NCBI GenBank assembly: GCA_013265495.1
Contig: MU058384.1
Span: 993,690-1,057,689 of the forward strand
DNA from: Vicugna vicugna
Taxonomy: Eukaryota
Direction: 5' to 3'
DNA length: 64,000 bases
Part shown: positions 48,745 through 62,345 of the stretch, in pieces
How positions within the stretch are numbered: the first letter of the stretch is position 1
Layout: each line of letters starts with the position of its first letter
Position numbers and translations under genes: made by a program
Notes under the pieces: generated by a model
What the model saw: the letters and a program-made list of their open reading frames with translations, nothing else
Databases searched by the model: none
What the model was told of the DNA's origin: nothing

Positions 48745-48985
48745 GAGAGCATGGTACAGTAAAGAGTATAAACTGTCTTATCTATCAGGGTTTGAATCCA
48801 GGTTTCATCACTTCTGCAGCCATGGGAGAGACAATATGTGACCATCTGCTGTCTTTGTTTCAGTATCCGTAGAATAAGTCTAATATTAATATGTACCTCA
48901 TAGACTTGTGCTGAGAATGGCATGACTTAACACATGTAAGACATTTAAATCGATGTCAGGCACATGTTACATGTTCTATAAATGT
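48745..48985 (+). mobile_element. MIR SINE
   Basis: GCATGGTACAGTAAAGAG...GGGTTTGAATCCAGG...TACCTCATAG..TTGTG.TGAGAAT. Confidence 0.75.
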
Positions 48986-50454
48986 AGCTGACTCCTTCAG
49001 AGCTTGGCTCTTATCTGTATTGTTCACTAAGTTATCCCAAGTGACTTGTATGTGGCCTTGTGCATGGCACCAGAAAATGGTCCAAAGACAAAAATGAGTA
49101 CACGTACTTATCACTGTATGAGTAACTCTCTTTGTCCACAAACTTGAAAATGACTTCATATATGTGTGAAGAGTCCTGCAAAACATAAATTTATTCATAG
49201 AATCTTTACAGTAACTGCCTCGGTAGCCTTTAATAACAAACTATAAATCAGCTATTTCAGGATAATTTTCCTGGCTCATCTTTGCAAATGTTCTGTTATT
49301 AAGACAGAAAAATCAATCCAATGTACCACCTATTGCCTTATGATGTAAATAGTGCAGTATAAATATTTTGTTTGGAAGGCCATAAATGAGGCATTAAAAC
49401 AACTCATCATCCTGATGAGTAATAACTGGTAATGATTCTTGCTGTCTATTATGGAATGGAAATGGCATTGTGTTGTTTGGATAAGGCTCTTGAAGCTAAG
49501 CACACAGTGTTCACTACTCACTTTGTGTTCTACCCTCTTTTTCTCTGACTAGACAAAATACTGAAAGCAAATCGTGCACACACACTCGTGTCAGTGTTAT
49601 TGACCAATGGACTATACCATAATATAAAAGATAAAAAAATTCATTTTATGCTGATGTAAGTTAAATAAGGAAATTTCCATTATCTACTATATGAAACATT
49701 TGACCCTGTTTCACCTACCTCTTGCTTCCACTTTGTTACGAGTTTCAACTGAACAAGAGGATGATGAAAGCAAGAAAGACAGAAAAGGTCAATTTAGCTG
49801 AATTCTGCAGCTCATTTTAAACTGTTGAGATCTAGCCAGAGGGAGGAGATAAGGATGAGAAAATCAGGGTTAAAATCAGAAGCTAAGTGAAGCTTCAGGT
49901 TTTCCCTGGCTTCAATTTATCTGGGCTGTGTAAACCTCCATTAGTACAGACAATTAAGAGTTTCTAAATTGAGGATTCTGTTTATTTGGCACAGCATTTA
50001 AGATTTCTGAGGCTTTAAATTCTTAGACCTAAATGTGCTACCAGTGGAGGGGAGAGAATGTAGTCTATTCTGTGGTAACAATTTGGGACTTAGCTGGAAG
50101 ACAAATTCCAAATGAAAGAATCATTTTCTCAATACTGCTAATGGCTTCAAGGAAAGGTGTAATTACAAGAACGGGGCTGAATGTAAATATTGTATAAAGC
50201 TATTTGGCTGGAAACAAGAGCAGACTACAGAAACATCATATTCTAATGGACACTAATCCTTATTGGAGAAAGAGGTTAATGTTAATTTAAAACAAATCCT
50301 AAACTTTAATGTGAATTATAATGAGAGATTTCAAGGCATGTGCTATTGCAACATCCACAAGCTCTGGAAGAACTAGGGGTCTGCTCTTATTTAGCGAACT
50401 TTTATGAGGGCTACATCCAAGTTGGCTTCCTATCAGACTGTCACACAAACGCAG

Positions 50455-50483
50455 ACATACACATACACACACACACACACACA
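50455..50483. repeat. (CA)n microsatellite
   Basis: Directly visible. Confidence 0.9.
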
Positions 50484-51099
50484 TAGAACATTTTTGAAAA
50501 GTATTGAAACTGAATTTATAGTTCAATAAAAAGGCATTATGTTAGTCAGATCTGGAAGAATTAGACAAGTTTCTTTCCATCCAAGATGCCTCCACTCAAT
50601 GTGCCTTTAACATTCTAAATGCTCCCCTTTACCATAGACATGATTACTCCAAATAACTAGAAACCAATAACTGATATATTCCCCTGCCCCACCCAACATA
50701 AGAAACTACTATTTTAGATCAAAAGGACAAATCAAACAAAAGTAACCAGACATTTTGTTTTATAGAGGAAAAAATGTGCTAATTTCTAGGTTATAACCCA
50801 GGAAATGTTTGGGCAAGACTCAATCATATTCAGTGTCAATGAGTACAGGTAAAGTCTGATAAGTAATATTCAGAAAATGGACAATCCTTCACTCCAAGAA
50901 AAATTAACCCGTGTCATAAAAATATATATATTTAACAAAATTAAATGTGTAAGATAAAAAGTGTGACTATAACCCCTTTAGTTAAGGAGACAATTCAGTT
51001 AAGTGGATCATTTCTTTTTCATCAACATGCTGATTAAAAGGTTTGCTGTAATAGTACTCAATCTTATTTATTGATTAGTAATATTCCAATTATAACTAC

Positions 51100-54000
51100 C
51101 CTTCTGTTACCCCCTCTCAGTCAATATCTCAACACTTCTCCCTAAATTTAACTGCTATCCTAACTTCTAACACCATGCTGAGTTTCATCCTTGTTTTTTT
51201 TCAAAGTATCTTGCCTTTCCTTGGTCCTTTGAATAACCATAACCATATACATTCATTTCAGAGACAGATAGTTCTTTGTCTTTCACACCAAAAAAAAAAA
51301 AAGGCTGTGGAAATATCTATTGGTATTGTATGGCATATATATAGATCTACTTGGAAGAAAATAGTATTTTAACTATTTTAATGTTCCCCCTTCAATCAAC
51401 ATACTGTATCCTTTCATTTACTCAGATCTCTCTTTTTAATCTTATTTAAATAATGTTTTGTAACTTTCAGTTTAGAAGTCATAGATATCTTCTGTTACAT
51501 TTAACCTTAGATACTTGATTATTTTTAATTATTTAAAATGTTAGCATCATTTCACCTTCCAGTTGTGTTTGATGTATAAAAATACCAAATATTTTTATAT
51601 GATTCCCTGAAATTTCAATGCTGTTATATTAATATATTGATCCACATAGTGTATTTATAGATTCTTTTGAATTTTTCACCATGTATAAATATCTTGCCAC
51701 TAAGTATGTTTTGTATCCTCTTTTTAAATTCTTAGATCTTTAAGTTCTTTCCTTGTCTTTTTCCATTGGCTATGACTACCAGTACATTGTTGAAAGTATA
51801 TAGTTATCCTTTTTTTGTTCCTTATAACAGATGAAATATTTCAAAATTTATCATTAATTGCAATATTAGCTGTAAATATTTGGTAGTGATCCATTATCTG
51901 ATTAAAATTTTATTTCTGGTTTGCTAAGATATTTTAGATGTTGAGTTTTAGTGAATACTTTTACTACAACTATTGGGATAAACATATTTTTTCTTTACTT
52001 CATTAATACAATGAATTATAATATTTAGACATTTAAAAATATTAAAATTATTTATACTCTAGGCTAGACTCACTTTTCTTGTAATACTTTATCCCTCATA
52101 TATGTTTCTGGGTTCAATTTGCTAATATTCTATTTAGTAATTTGTATCTATGTTCATGGATAGACTGGCCTTCACTATTTCTTTCTCATAGATTTCATGT
52201 CATATTTTGTTATCAAGGTTCCACCAGACTCATAAAATAGGTAGGAATTGTTCCCTCTTTTTTCCAGTCTCTGGAAGTGTTTATGGAAGATTGAAAATGT
52301 GTAATCCTAATCAACAAGCATCTGGACCTTGAGAAGCCACCTGGATCTGGAGGTTTCTTTGTGGAAAGGTTTATAATTGCAGATTAAGCTTAATCAACAG
52401 ATAGAGAATTACTAATTTTTAAATTTAATCTGCATAAATTTCGGTAAGGAATTTTCCCACTTTATCTAAATTTTCAAATGTATTGGCATGAAGTTGTTCA
52501 TGATATTTTTATCATATGTTTGTAGGATCTTTAGTTCTATTCCCTTTTTCTCATTTCCAAAACTGATTATTTAGGTATCCTTTCTCTCTTTTTCCTTCAT
52601 GAGTTTTACAAAGTTTTATCAATTTTATAAGTCTTATAGAAGATATAGCATTTGACTCTGATTGTCATATCTATAGTCCGATTTTCATTTTACTAATTTC
52701 ATTTCTTATATTTACCAGTTTCTTTCTACATTGGGTTAAATCCTATTTCTAGCTTTTCGAGATGGCTCCCTAGTTAACTGCCTTATAGTTTCGCTTTTTT
52801 ATTAACATTTCCATTTAAGCTATAATTTTTCCTCTAAGCATGATATTAGCTTTATTCCACCAATTTGATACATAGTGATTTCATTATCAGAAGATCAAAT
52901 ATTTTTCGAATTTTTCCTTGTGATTTATTTATTAACCCAGAGGTTATTTAAAAGTATATTGTTTAATTTTCCAAAATATAGGTAGCTTGGATTATCTTTT
53001 TATTATGGGTTTCTACCTTACTTCAATTGTGTTAAAAGAATAGACTATGTAATTTCTCAATTATATTATGTTTTAAAACTTGCTACATTGCCCAGCCTGT
53101 GGTCAGTTTTGGAAGACCTTTCAAATACCCTGGAAAGAATACATTATCTCCAGTCTTAGGATTCACTAATAAATAAATCAGTTAAAAGTTTACTAATTGT
53201 GTCATTCAAATCTTCCATTTCCTTGCTGATGTTTGTCTGCTTATTTTATCAGTTTCTGAAAGAAATGTATTCACATCTCCATAAATTCATATGATTATGG
53301 ATTTTATATGTCCCTTTTTAATTCTATAGATTTTGCTTTACATGTATTTTTCATAAAAGTTTAGAATAATTTTATGTTCTGCACCTTTAGCACGATGAAC
53401 TCCCTCTTTATCTCCATAATGCTTTATGTTAATAACAGCTCCTGCAACTTTCACTTGGTTGTTGCTTGCACAGTATATATATTTCCATTTATTTTATTTT
53501 TCATCTTTTTATTTAGCCTTACATTTAAAGTGTGTCTCTTATAAGTAGCATATTAAAAATTAAGCTCTTAGCATGATGTTATTCTTTTGAAGCATTTAGT
53601 TTATTTACATCAATGAAAACCCTGATTTATTAGGTTTAAAGGTTCTATTTGCTTACAGTTTCATTATATTTTCAATTTTCCTTTCAATTAGAGCTCTGCT
53701 TTAAACAGTTTAACAATATTATTTGAGGGATTTATTCATCATACATCCTAGAGGTATTACATTCTAATGTAAATTATTACTTTGCATATTCACTTCTCAG
53801 ATATAAAAAGACTTTGGAACATTGAACTCCTTTTACTGCCCCCAATTTATGTGCTACTTTTGCTGCATAATTTCCTTTTAGATGTATATTTTAAACTCGC
53901 ACATTATTATTAATTTGTACAGTGACTATTCATTCAGATTTATTCACACAGACATTCCTTCCTTCATTAGTGATTACTTCTTGAATCTTCAGGCTTCCTT

Positions 54001-56150
54001 TTGGAATTATTCTCCTTCAGCCTGAAAATACACGTTCAGTAATGCATTCAGGGCAGTCTTCAGCTTTTTGAAAATTTTTTGTTTTGTTTGTCTGAAGGTG
54101 CCCTAAGTATTCTTTTGTTTTGAAAAAGGTACTTTCATTGCAGACAATCTTAGGCAGGTATTTGTATCTTTTTCACCACTTAGAAAAACATCATTCTCTT
54201 GTCTTCCGTTTCCATTGTTCCTACTAAGAGGTCAGTCACCTGCTTTATTATTGTACATTTGATGATAATATGCCTTTTTTAGTCTCTAACTGTTTCCAGT
54301 GTCTTTCTTTGACTCGTATTCAGCTGTCTTACTGTAGTGTCCCTTTGTACTTACAATTTTGTAATTTGCTTTGTATTTATTCTTTATGAGATTAATAGAG
54401 ATTCTTAAATCAATGTCTTGATGGCAATCATCAGTCATTATGTCTTCAGATATTGTTCCTGCTCCATTATCTATTATTTCTCCTTCACAGATTCCAATCA
54501 TACTGTTTTTTAGATCTTGTTGTGCCTTCTTCTAAAGTTGCTTTCATTTTGATGTTTTATATGTTTATTTTCAAATTTTCTTCTTACTTAGATTTCAGTT
54601 CACCAATTTTTTCTTCATGTTGAATATGTTATTGAACTTATCAGTAATATAAAAATTTAATTTTTATATTGTAGTTTCAATATGATAATTAGCATTCAGT
54701 TCTTTTTTATAGCTTTGATATCTCTGCTGAAAGTCTTTAATTCTTTGAAAATATGATCATAGTCTTTAAAAGTCCTTATATGATAACTTAATTACCTATA
54801 TCCACTACTGTTGTGCCCACATAAGGTTTTGATTGTTTTTTTTTTTTTCACATGTCTTAAATTGATTTTTTGTTTGTGCATGACTGGTTATTTTTAATTG
54901 ACTATTAAAAATTGAACATGAAGAACTCGCATAGACATTTAAAGCTCAGAGTGATGTCTTCCTCTAGAAATGTTATGATTTTTGTTTTATTTTATACAAA
55001 CAGGTAAATAATCACACGAGCAATATCAGATTGCGTTAATCTAGGCAAGAATTGAGATTAAAAAAATAACCTATATTCAATTATTGTAAGGATTAGTCTT
55101 TATAGTTTATTCTTACTCCTAGGAATCTTAATTCCTAAAAATGTTTCCTAAGGCCTATCCTCATTAATGAGCCATAAACTTCAGTTTTTCATGAAATAAC
55201 TAAACGCTATATTCAGCTTCTCAGCCTCTAGGCTGCTGGTTTCCTTTATCCCCATGGCTCTGCAATTTCTCATCATCTTGGTGACTCTGTGACATCTGCA
55301 ACAATCTTTTTGGTCTGTTGTCCACATTTTCTAGTTGTTTTCCTTGGTTGGTTTAATCCAAACCATTGGTTCCACTGATACAAGAGGAACATCTGTCCTA
55401 ATTATCTTTAAGTCTAGAATAGTTACATCTCTTTTTCATGATATTGACTTACTGGAGAGACTAGAACAGGTGCTTATAGGATCCTCAACTTTAGATTTCT
55501 GATTGTTTCCTTCTAGAATTATCTATTTCCTTTTGATGGCATCTCTTTAGTTAATCTAGCCAATACAGTTCACATAAAGTTAAATCTAAAGGCTTTATTG
55601 GGACAATATGAAACATTTTGACCAGAAAATTTTATAGGTGATACTATATTCCTTATAATTCATTACATTGAAAGAGCAATAAATTTAGTCACAGGATTAA
55701 AGTACTGACAGTTTGATAGTTTCACTGTAAAATTGTACACACTCACCTTTCTACTAGCATGTAATCTGCCAATGATACCCTGATATAATTACACGTATTG
55801 GTATAAGTTTCCGATCAAACTTTCATTGAATGTTTTGGCATAAATTGATTCTTTACCTGAATCAGTTTTTTCCCCCAATATTACACAAAGGAGATTTTCT
55901 GACACTAAAATTTCCTCTCTGTTTATCTTATGTAAGCAACAACTTTTTGTCATCAATTGAGGCTATTTTGTTATCCTGAAATATAATTCTTAGTGAAATG
56001 CCAGTAAAAAGACTTAACCCTTTAAGTTTATTTTCAATTTTCTTTAAAAAAAAGCTGAAGAATAGGCAGTTCAAATAATGATAAATCAAGTTTTATTTCA
56101 TGTATTTTCACTGTGGACTCATGGATTTTTAAAAATTCAGAAAGTTTCAG
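51100..56150 (-). mobile_element. Very old, fragmented L1 sequence (ORF2, ORF1, 5' region) plus an L1MC-like 3'UTR fragment at ~55.4-56.1 kb
   Basis: T-rich strand with antisense L1 motifs (TTTGCTAATATT..TTTAG, GCTATAATTTTTCCTCTAAGCA). ORF 54286-54501 reads IGICEGE...ISEDIMTD, which is ORF1-like. Confidence 0.75.
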
Positions 56151-56284
56151 TTTCAATATTTTAGTCTCTGCCTTTATGAAATTATATTTCTGAGGGGAAG
56201 ACAAAGACTAATAGATCAACAACAACCAAAAATATAAACTCAGATATTAATTAGTAATGTAACAAAATAAGTACTATTTTTGAA

Positions 56285-56668
56285 TTATGCATAATAGACA
56301 TCAAAAAGCATAATGGAGACCCCAGCAAATAGAGTTTCTCAAACATAATAAAATTTGTTTCTCACTCACTAAATAGTACTGTGCAGGTAAATGAATAAGT
56401 AGGATGAACTTTTTCATGTTACTCAGAGATCAAGGTTGGTTGAGACTCTCTCATCTTCAATGTATCTTGTGAACTCACCAAGGGGTCGTTCCATTCTAGC
56501 TGGCCAGAAGAGTGAAAAGATTGAAGATTCTCACATGGAAACATTTAGTGGGAAATGGAGCTTACCACTTCTACTAATGATCTATTGGCCTGAAATCACA
56601 ATACAAAGAAAGCAAGAAAGTCTTAAGTCTGGCAAGAAGAGGAGATCATGAATTTTGGGGAGTTGATA
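56285..56668 (-). mobile_element. Old MLT1 LTR
   Basis: TTTGTTTCTCACTCAC...GTTACTCAGAGATCAAGG...ACCACTTCTACT..GATCTATTGGCC. Confidence 0.55.
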
Positions 56669-56679
56669 TCAGAGGCTCA

Positions 56680-57160
56680 GAGGAGGATGTGACATAGGAA
56701 ATGATAAGCATGTAGAGAAATGAGACAAAATGAGACATGGGACACTCTGAGGGGAGACCTTTCCATCAAAGAGAATGACATTGATCCTAAGGAATAAACA
56801 AGCGTGGCCTGTTCTCAGGCTAGTAAGAAGGCAAGTGGTGACTGAAGCATAGTGAACAAGGAGGAGAGAGATTAGATAAAAGGTCAAAGGGATAGGCAAA
56901 CGGATCCCATTTGTCTTTTTACATCTTAAAGATCATGTTAAGGATGTTACAATTTTTCCCAGGTATAAAAGAATTCAGTGCGAACTTTCTGTAATCTACA
57001 TTTTGAAAAGACATCCCTTGCTGCTATAGTAGGAATAAAATGTAGCAATTTAGGAGTGATCAGGGAGACCAGGTAGAAAACTTTTCAGCATGCCTGATGA
57101 TAGCTGATGGAGGCTTGGCTGAGGATGGCTGTTGGCAGTTAATGACAAGGAGACATATTT
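56680..57160 (-). mobile_element. L2 fragment
   Basis: GATCATGTTAAGGA...CATTTTGAAAAGACATCCCTTGCTGC...CAGGGAGACCAGGTAG. Confidence 0.65.
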
Positions 57161-57164
57161 GGTT

Positions 57165-57980
57165 GGTATCCTTTGATTCCACTCTTTCTCTCACTTCCTA
57201 TCCTATGTGTCAGGAAATCCTCCTGACTCTACTCTAAAATAGTTCCAGAATCTTACCACTTTCACCACGTTGAATACTGATACCCTGTACCAAGTCTCCT
57301 GTCTCTTCTGGAGTTCATATGGCCTCCTCCCAGCTCTCCTGCATCTCCCTTGTCTCAAGAGAACAGATTCTCAAACAGAAACCAAAACAAGCCTTTTAAA
57401 ATCTCAGAGTATATCACCCCTTGCTTTAAATCCTCTAATGGTTTCCCAGCTCTTTTGGATCAAAAGCCAAAGTCAGGACAATGACCTACAAGGCTGTCCA
57501 TGAATTGATTCCAAATCACTTCATGAATTTTTCTTTCAACTGTCATCTCTGACCCATTCCATCTGGTTTCCTTGCTGTTCCTATGAAATGACAGTTGTTC
57601 TTCCAACTTAGAGTTTTTACTCTGCTTTCTCTGCCTACTCTGTCTTATCAGTTCTACTCCCCTGCCTTCTTCCTGTCTTTTCTCCAATCTCACATTCTCT
57701 CTGAGGCCTGTGTGAGTCAAACTATTGAATGCAGTGACATGCACCGTCTCACCACACAACCTCACTCACTCTCCTTGCCCTTTTTTTTCATGTATCTTTC
57801 ACTTTGACATTACCTATGCTTATTTAAAATGGCTTATTATCAATTTCTTCTACACCCCTACCCAGATTTAAGCTCCATGAACACAGGTATCTTTGCTTGT
57901 TTTGTTCACTGATGTCTTCAAAAGTCTAGACTTGAGCCCAGCACATGAAACTTACTGATTTAATGAGGAATAAATGAATG
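57165..57980 (+). mobile_element. L2 3' end including terminus
   Basis: ATCCTTTGATTCCACTCTTTCTCTCAC...TAAGCTCCATGA...TTGTTCACTGATGTC...GAATAAATGAATG. Confidence 0.8.
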
Positions 57981-59629
57981 CGTGAAGGCGGGGAGTTAGC
58001 AGACAGTGTGAAGGGACTTAATTTCTTCTTTGAGGACAAGGCATCTTATCACAGATATGAAGCCAGTAAGGAGAAGATGAAGGGTGCATCAGATCTTATT
58101 GGCCAAGGTGCTTGTCAGTTGTATTCATTCAGGGAACTCAGGGGCCAGGCTTATCTGGAACGTGTATAGTAGTGGATAAAGAAGGCAATCCGACCAAGAA
58201 GATTAACTAGGGAGTACTAAAGAAATCCACAGTAGCCTAAATAATCCATGACCAGTTTGTTTCTGTTTTTGCAAGCTGTCCAGTTTATTCTGACTGCAAG
58301 CCCTCAATTTTCATACTTAACATAAAATAACAGAAGGCCAAATATATATAGGGAGACTAAATTTCTTATTTCTAAAAATCTTAAGCATTTTTTTAGCATA
58401 CCCAATTAATCTCTGGGTATGTTTTGGAAGTTGTAATAAAAGAAGTATATTTTGCATTTAAAGTGAGAATTATTCCTAGTTAAACAGAAGGCAACAATAA
58501 TCAGGCTTATAGTCCATGTCTAGCTCTGCTATCTAGTATTTTCAATCCATGGAAGATAAAGAATGTGAAAAAGATTTTTATCAAAATGACTGAACCAGAA
58601 AGGGGCTAAGAACAAAGAGGAAGTGCTCAGATTAAGTGTCACTGCATGAATCTTGACTTGCTCCGTGGCTGCGGGCTTTTCAGAATCAAGCCTCTTTTTG
58701 TTATCTTGCTCACTTTATGGGTACCTTTCCTACTCTACTGCTGTCTTCTTTTTTTTCCCAATTTCCCCTTTTTCATCAACAGTCCAATCCAAGTGCAAAA
58801 AAGTACCATGGATGTTAGATCCTTACCGCTGAACACAATGGGCTACACATCCTTGGAGCATTCACTCTGGAACTTTTTTTGCTCTAAAAGGTCTTAAGTT
58901 TGGCACCTTTATTTTATACCTGCAGGATATTTCAGTCAACAAAAGAAGAAAGTCTTTTTTTCCTGCCTAGCATTGTCATCAAACACATTGAGAAGAATGA
59001 CAATGGCTACTATGGCCAAAGATTCACTCATATTTTATTTGAGATTTGGAAGGGTGTAAGTGACTAAAAACTTATCTCTGTAACACAACTTGTCTTCATC
59101 TATCTATTAATACTTATCATTTTCCAATCAATAAAGTCAATTTGCTAAGAGGAGATATTGAAATATGTAAACATGTACAGTTATTTTCTTACTGTCTAAA
59201 AATGCACAATAAATCTATGCCTACGCTCAAATTTCAATTAAAACATTCTTAATATACATAATCCATGACAAATTTAAGTCTCTAATGAAAATGAACTTTT
59301 TCTAGTAGAATAAACTGTTCTTGTAAAACAATTTTCACTACCTGTGAAATACTGACTAATCACTTATGACATTTTTCTTCACATATAAATTGCAAAGAAT
59401 AACCCAGAAATGATAAATACAATGGTTATCATTTCAAGTAAAAAATCTTTACTGGTACTTTCTGCTGTTTTGTAATAGCACAATGCAATTGCCTATCTAA
59501 GGGAGGAGGGTGAGGTTAAGAAGTTTAGAGCAGCCATGGAGTTCAGTCAACTCTCAGAAGCACATTAATCAAGAGTCATTTCTAACCTATGATTAAGGAA
59601 GCTAAATAATCTTTTATATAATGATCTTT

Positions 59630-59776
59630 TAAAATTAAAAAAAAATTTTTTGTTTTTTTTGGGGGGGGAAGGGGAGAGGTAATTAAGTTTATTGACTGAT
59701 TGGAGGCACTGGGGATTGAACCCAGGACCTCATGCATGCTAAGCATGCACCCTACCACTGAGCTACACCCTCCCCC
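59630..59776 (-). mobile_element. Camelid tRNA-Ala-derived SINE (Vic-1 type)
   Basis: Minus strand reads GGGGGAGGGTGTAGCTCAGTGGTAGGGTGCATGCTTAGCATGCATGAGGTCCTGGGTTCAATCCCCAGTGCCTCCA, with A and B boxes. It has a C-rich then A/T-rich tail and TSD tatataatgat (59615-59625 / 59779-59789). Confidence 0.9.
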
Positions 59777-59865
59777 TCTATATAATGATTTTAAATATAA
59801 CTTTATATCAAATCAAAGCTGGTAAAAAAAAAAGGATGGAAAAAATCCAAGATACCATATATACA

Positions 59866-60036
59866 TTTTTTTAATTCAAGTATAGTCAGTTTACAGTGTG
59901 CCAATTTCTGGTGTACAGCATAATGTTTCAGTCATACATATACATACATATATTTCTTTTCATACTGTTTTTAATTATAGGTTATTACAAGATATTGAAA
60001 ATAGTTCCCTGTGCCATACAGTATAAACTTGTTGTT
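59866..60036 (-). mobile_element. Young L1 3' end with TSD
   Basis: AAGTATAGTCAGTTTACA...TTTCTGGTGTACAGCA...ATAGTTCCCTGTGC. TSD caagataccatat (59848-59860) / caagatactatat (60037-60049). Confidence 0.85.
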
Positions 60037-60729
60037 CAAGATACTATATTGCAGACAGTTTTTCTTCTTGATAATCACCTCTCCATTTCTAACAGATGAC
60101 CCCTAAAACTTGGGTGCCATTTCTTATCTGTAAAGGTTAAGTGATGGATAGAAGCAAATCCTTTCCAGCTCCTGCCTGCTTGCCCAGCATTTCATAGCCC
60201 ATGGAGATGCACATCAATGTCCTGTCCCTGTGCTGTATATGATACAAAATTTCCTTTCTGGGAAAGATTTACCCTTATCACTTCCCTAAAAATTCTGTGC
60301 TCTCTTGAGAACACTAATGACCTTCAGTTACGGGGTTTTTTCCCAGATATTTTGTTTCTCTCATTCATATGTATGAGTTGACAATAACCTAGCAATTTTA
60401 AAGACTGAGAGCACATGGATGACATGATTATACATTCCCCAGTCTGGTTAATACAATACATTTTGGAGAGACTGAATGACTTTTTCAAGGTCACGTAGAG
60501 TACAAAGCCATAATTAAAATGAGAGAGGTCCTTTCTTTCACAGGAACCATTTATAAAAGGTACTTTTTAATTTTTTCACAGACTCACTATGGAAAAAAAA
60601 GAAGAAAAAGAAAGAAAGAAATAGAGATTGCAACCCAATCATTAGCTATAAATAGTTCCCAGTCACTTTTTAGAAGAGTCCAAAGCATTGTTATTGCTAG
60701 ATCTGATTTTTTAAAAATCTATTTCAGAA

Positions 60730-61190
60730 AAGATACGTTCCAGAGTCTGAGATAATAGATATGGCAAGACCATCTATATGATAGTAGAACACTTACCCAC
60801 AACCTCATCAGCAATAAGCTCAAAAAGCCAGACTACAATTTCTGCAGCAATTGGCCCGAATGGTGAGGACTCGATTGTGACTGCCAGCTTCCCTATTTTT
60901 GCCTAGCTCCCAACTCATAACCAACCAGAGAAAGCCAAATACACTGCTCGAACAACCACACATGATGCCCTGCTTCTAGATCACCCATGTGCAGCTTCGC
61001 CATGCCAATGACCTCCAATCAGAGCACACCTAAAGCCATCTCTTGTTATCACCATCAATCTTTTCTCTCCCCTGCCTGTCTTTGCATCTCTGCCAGACTC
61101 CAGTAATGGTGGCTGAGTCACTTTCAATAGCGAGCTCTGAATTATTAGTCTTTGCTTATTCTCATTTGAGTGGTCTTCATTTATTTCCAA
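60730..61190 (+). mobile_element. ERV1-class solo LTR (MER89-like)
   Basis: GACTGCCAGCTTCCCTA...ACCAACCAGAGAAAGCCAAATA...CTCCAATCAGAGCA...GGTCTTCATTTATTTCCA. Confidence 0.75.
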
Positions 61191-61396
61191 AAGATAAAAC
61201 CTTTAAGAAATGCCTGAACTTGAGAATCGAGGATAAAATTTGAAAGAATAATTTTACTGAGAAAAAGTTGTCCCATTTCCAAGTCCTGATATAATCAAAA
61301 TGTCAAAGGCAAAATTTTCCTAGCTGTAATCTGAGTAAGGCACCTAGCTAAGCATTCTGTATACACACATAGTGTATATAATGTACCTTGGGATGG

Positions 61397-62345
61397 AGAC
61401 TGAGGTCAGAGCAATACTAAAAGAAAAAAAGATGAAAAAGCACTAGAGTGTCAAATGGGCTTTTAAAAAGTACCCAAATTACAGCTAATATAACTGGAAT
61501 GGAGATACACCAGGAATATCTTGAAACACGGAACAAAGGCCAATAAGAAATAGATCTCGGCTACTGAAGAAATAAAGGTATCCATCTCTAATGTGGCAGA
61601 AGTTGGTGAAATATTCAACTCCTGGAGCAATACAGAGCAAAGAAGAAATCATTTTTAGATAAGAAGACAAAACTAATGGATATTCTCAGCAAGCCTAAAA
61701 GCTATGTTACCACAAAAGTGCAAAGATAATGGTTCCTATGTCTGCAATTCCTTTCAATGATTGTTTTGCCAATCTACAGTGTAAAGGAAACAAAGACTAA
61801 TAATTGCTTGTCAGTATTGACGACGCATGACTGGCATCACGAAGGGGAAGAGCCAGGGGAAGGTGGATGCCACTTCACAGCTAAAGCGGAGACTAACAGG
61901 CTGTGCAATGTTCACACCAAAGGAATGAGAAAGGAAGGAACATTTGAAGGTCAAGTTAAATGAGCTGTTTACATCTTTCCAGTTAACAAAACACATTTCA
62001 AAGGCCAAAGGATTTGAGTCACTGAGGAAATTTAAAAAGGTGCAAAATGATGCAAGAAATCACATTAAGAGCTAGAACTCTGTGTGTCAGGTCCAATTTT
62101 AGGTGGGCGAGAGAAAGCTTGACTGTAGAATCTTATAATTGTAAGCCGTATTATATATCTTATTCCTTCAGCAATTGAGATCTATTTCTTATTGGTCTTT
62201 ATTCCATGCTTCAAGGTATTCTTGGCTCATTTCAATCCCCATTGTATTAGCTATAATTTGGGTACATTTTAAAAAGTTCATTTGACTCTCTAGAGCTTTT
62301 TTCATCTTTTTTTTTTTTCTTTTAGCATTGCTCTGACCTCAGTCT
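61397..62345. repeat. Inverted repeat of unique sequence: arms 61397-61581 and 62155-62345, spacer ~570 bp
   Basis: Hand alignment gives ~28 substitutions plus a few homopolymer indels over ~185 bp (about 85% identity). The right arm is flanked by the direct repeat tcttataattgtaagcc at 62131-62147 and 62343-62359. Confidence 0.92.

Noticed and set aside
49412..49450. Hammerhead ribozyme core CUGAUGAG
   Set aside because: No stem II followed by GAAA, and the motif is sequestered in its own 8-bp hairpin. The other CTGATGA/TCATCAG sites I inspected also lack the required geometry.
59700..59776. Possible tRNA-Ala(AGC) gene
   Set aside because: It has extra 5' bases, a SINE-type body and tail and a flanking TSD, so it is a tRNA-derived SINE rather than a tRNA gene.
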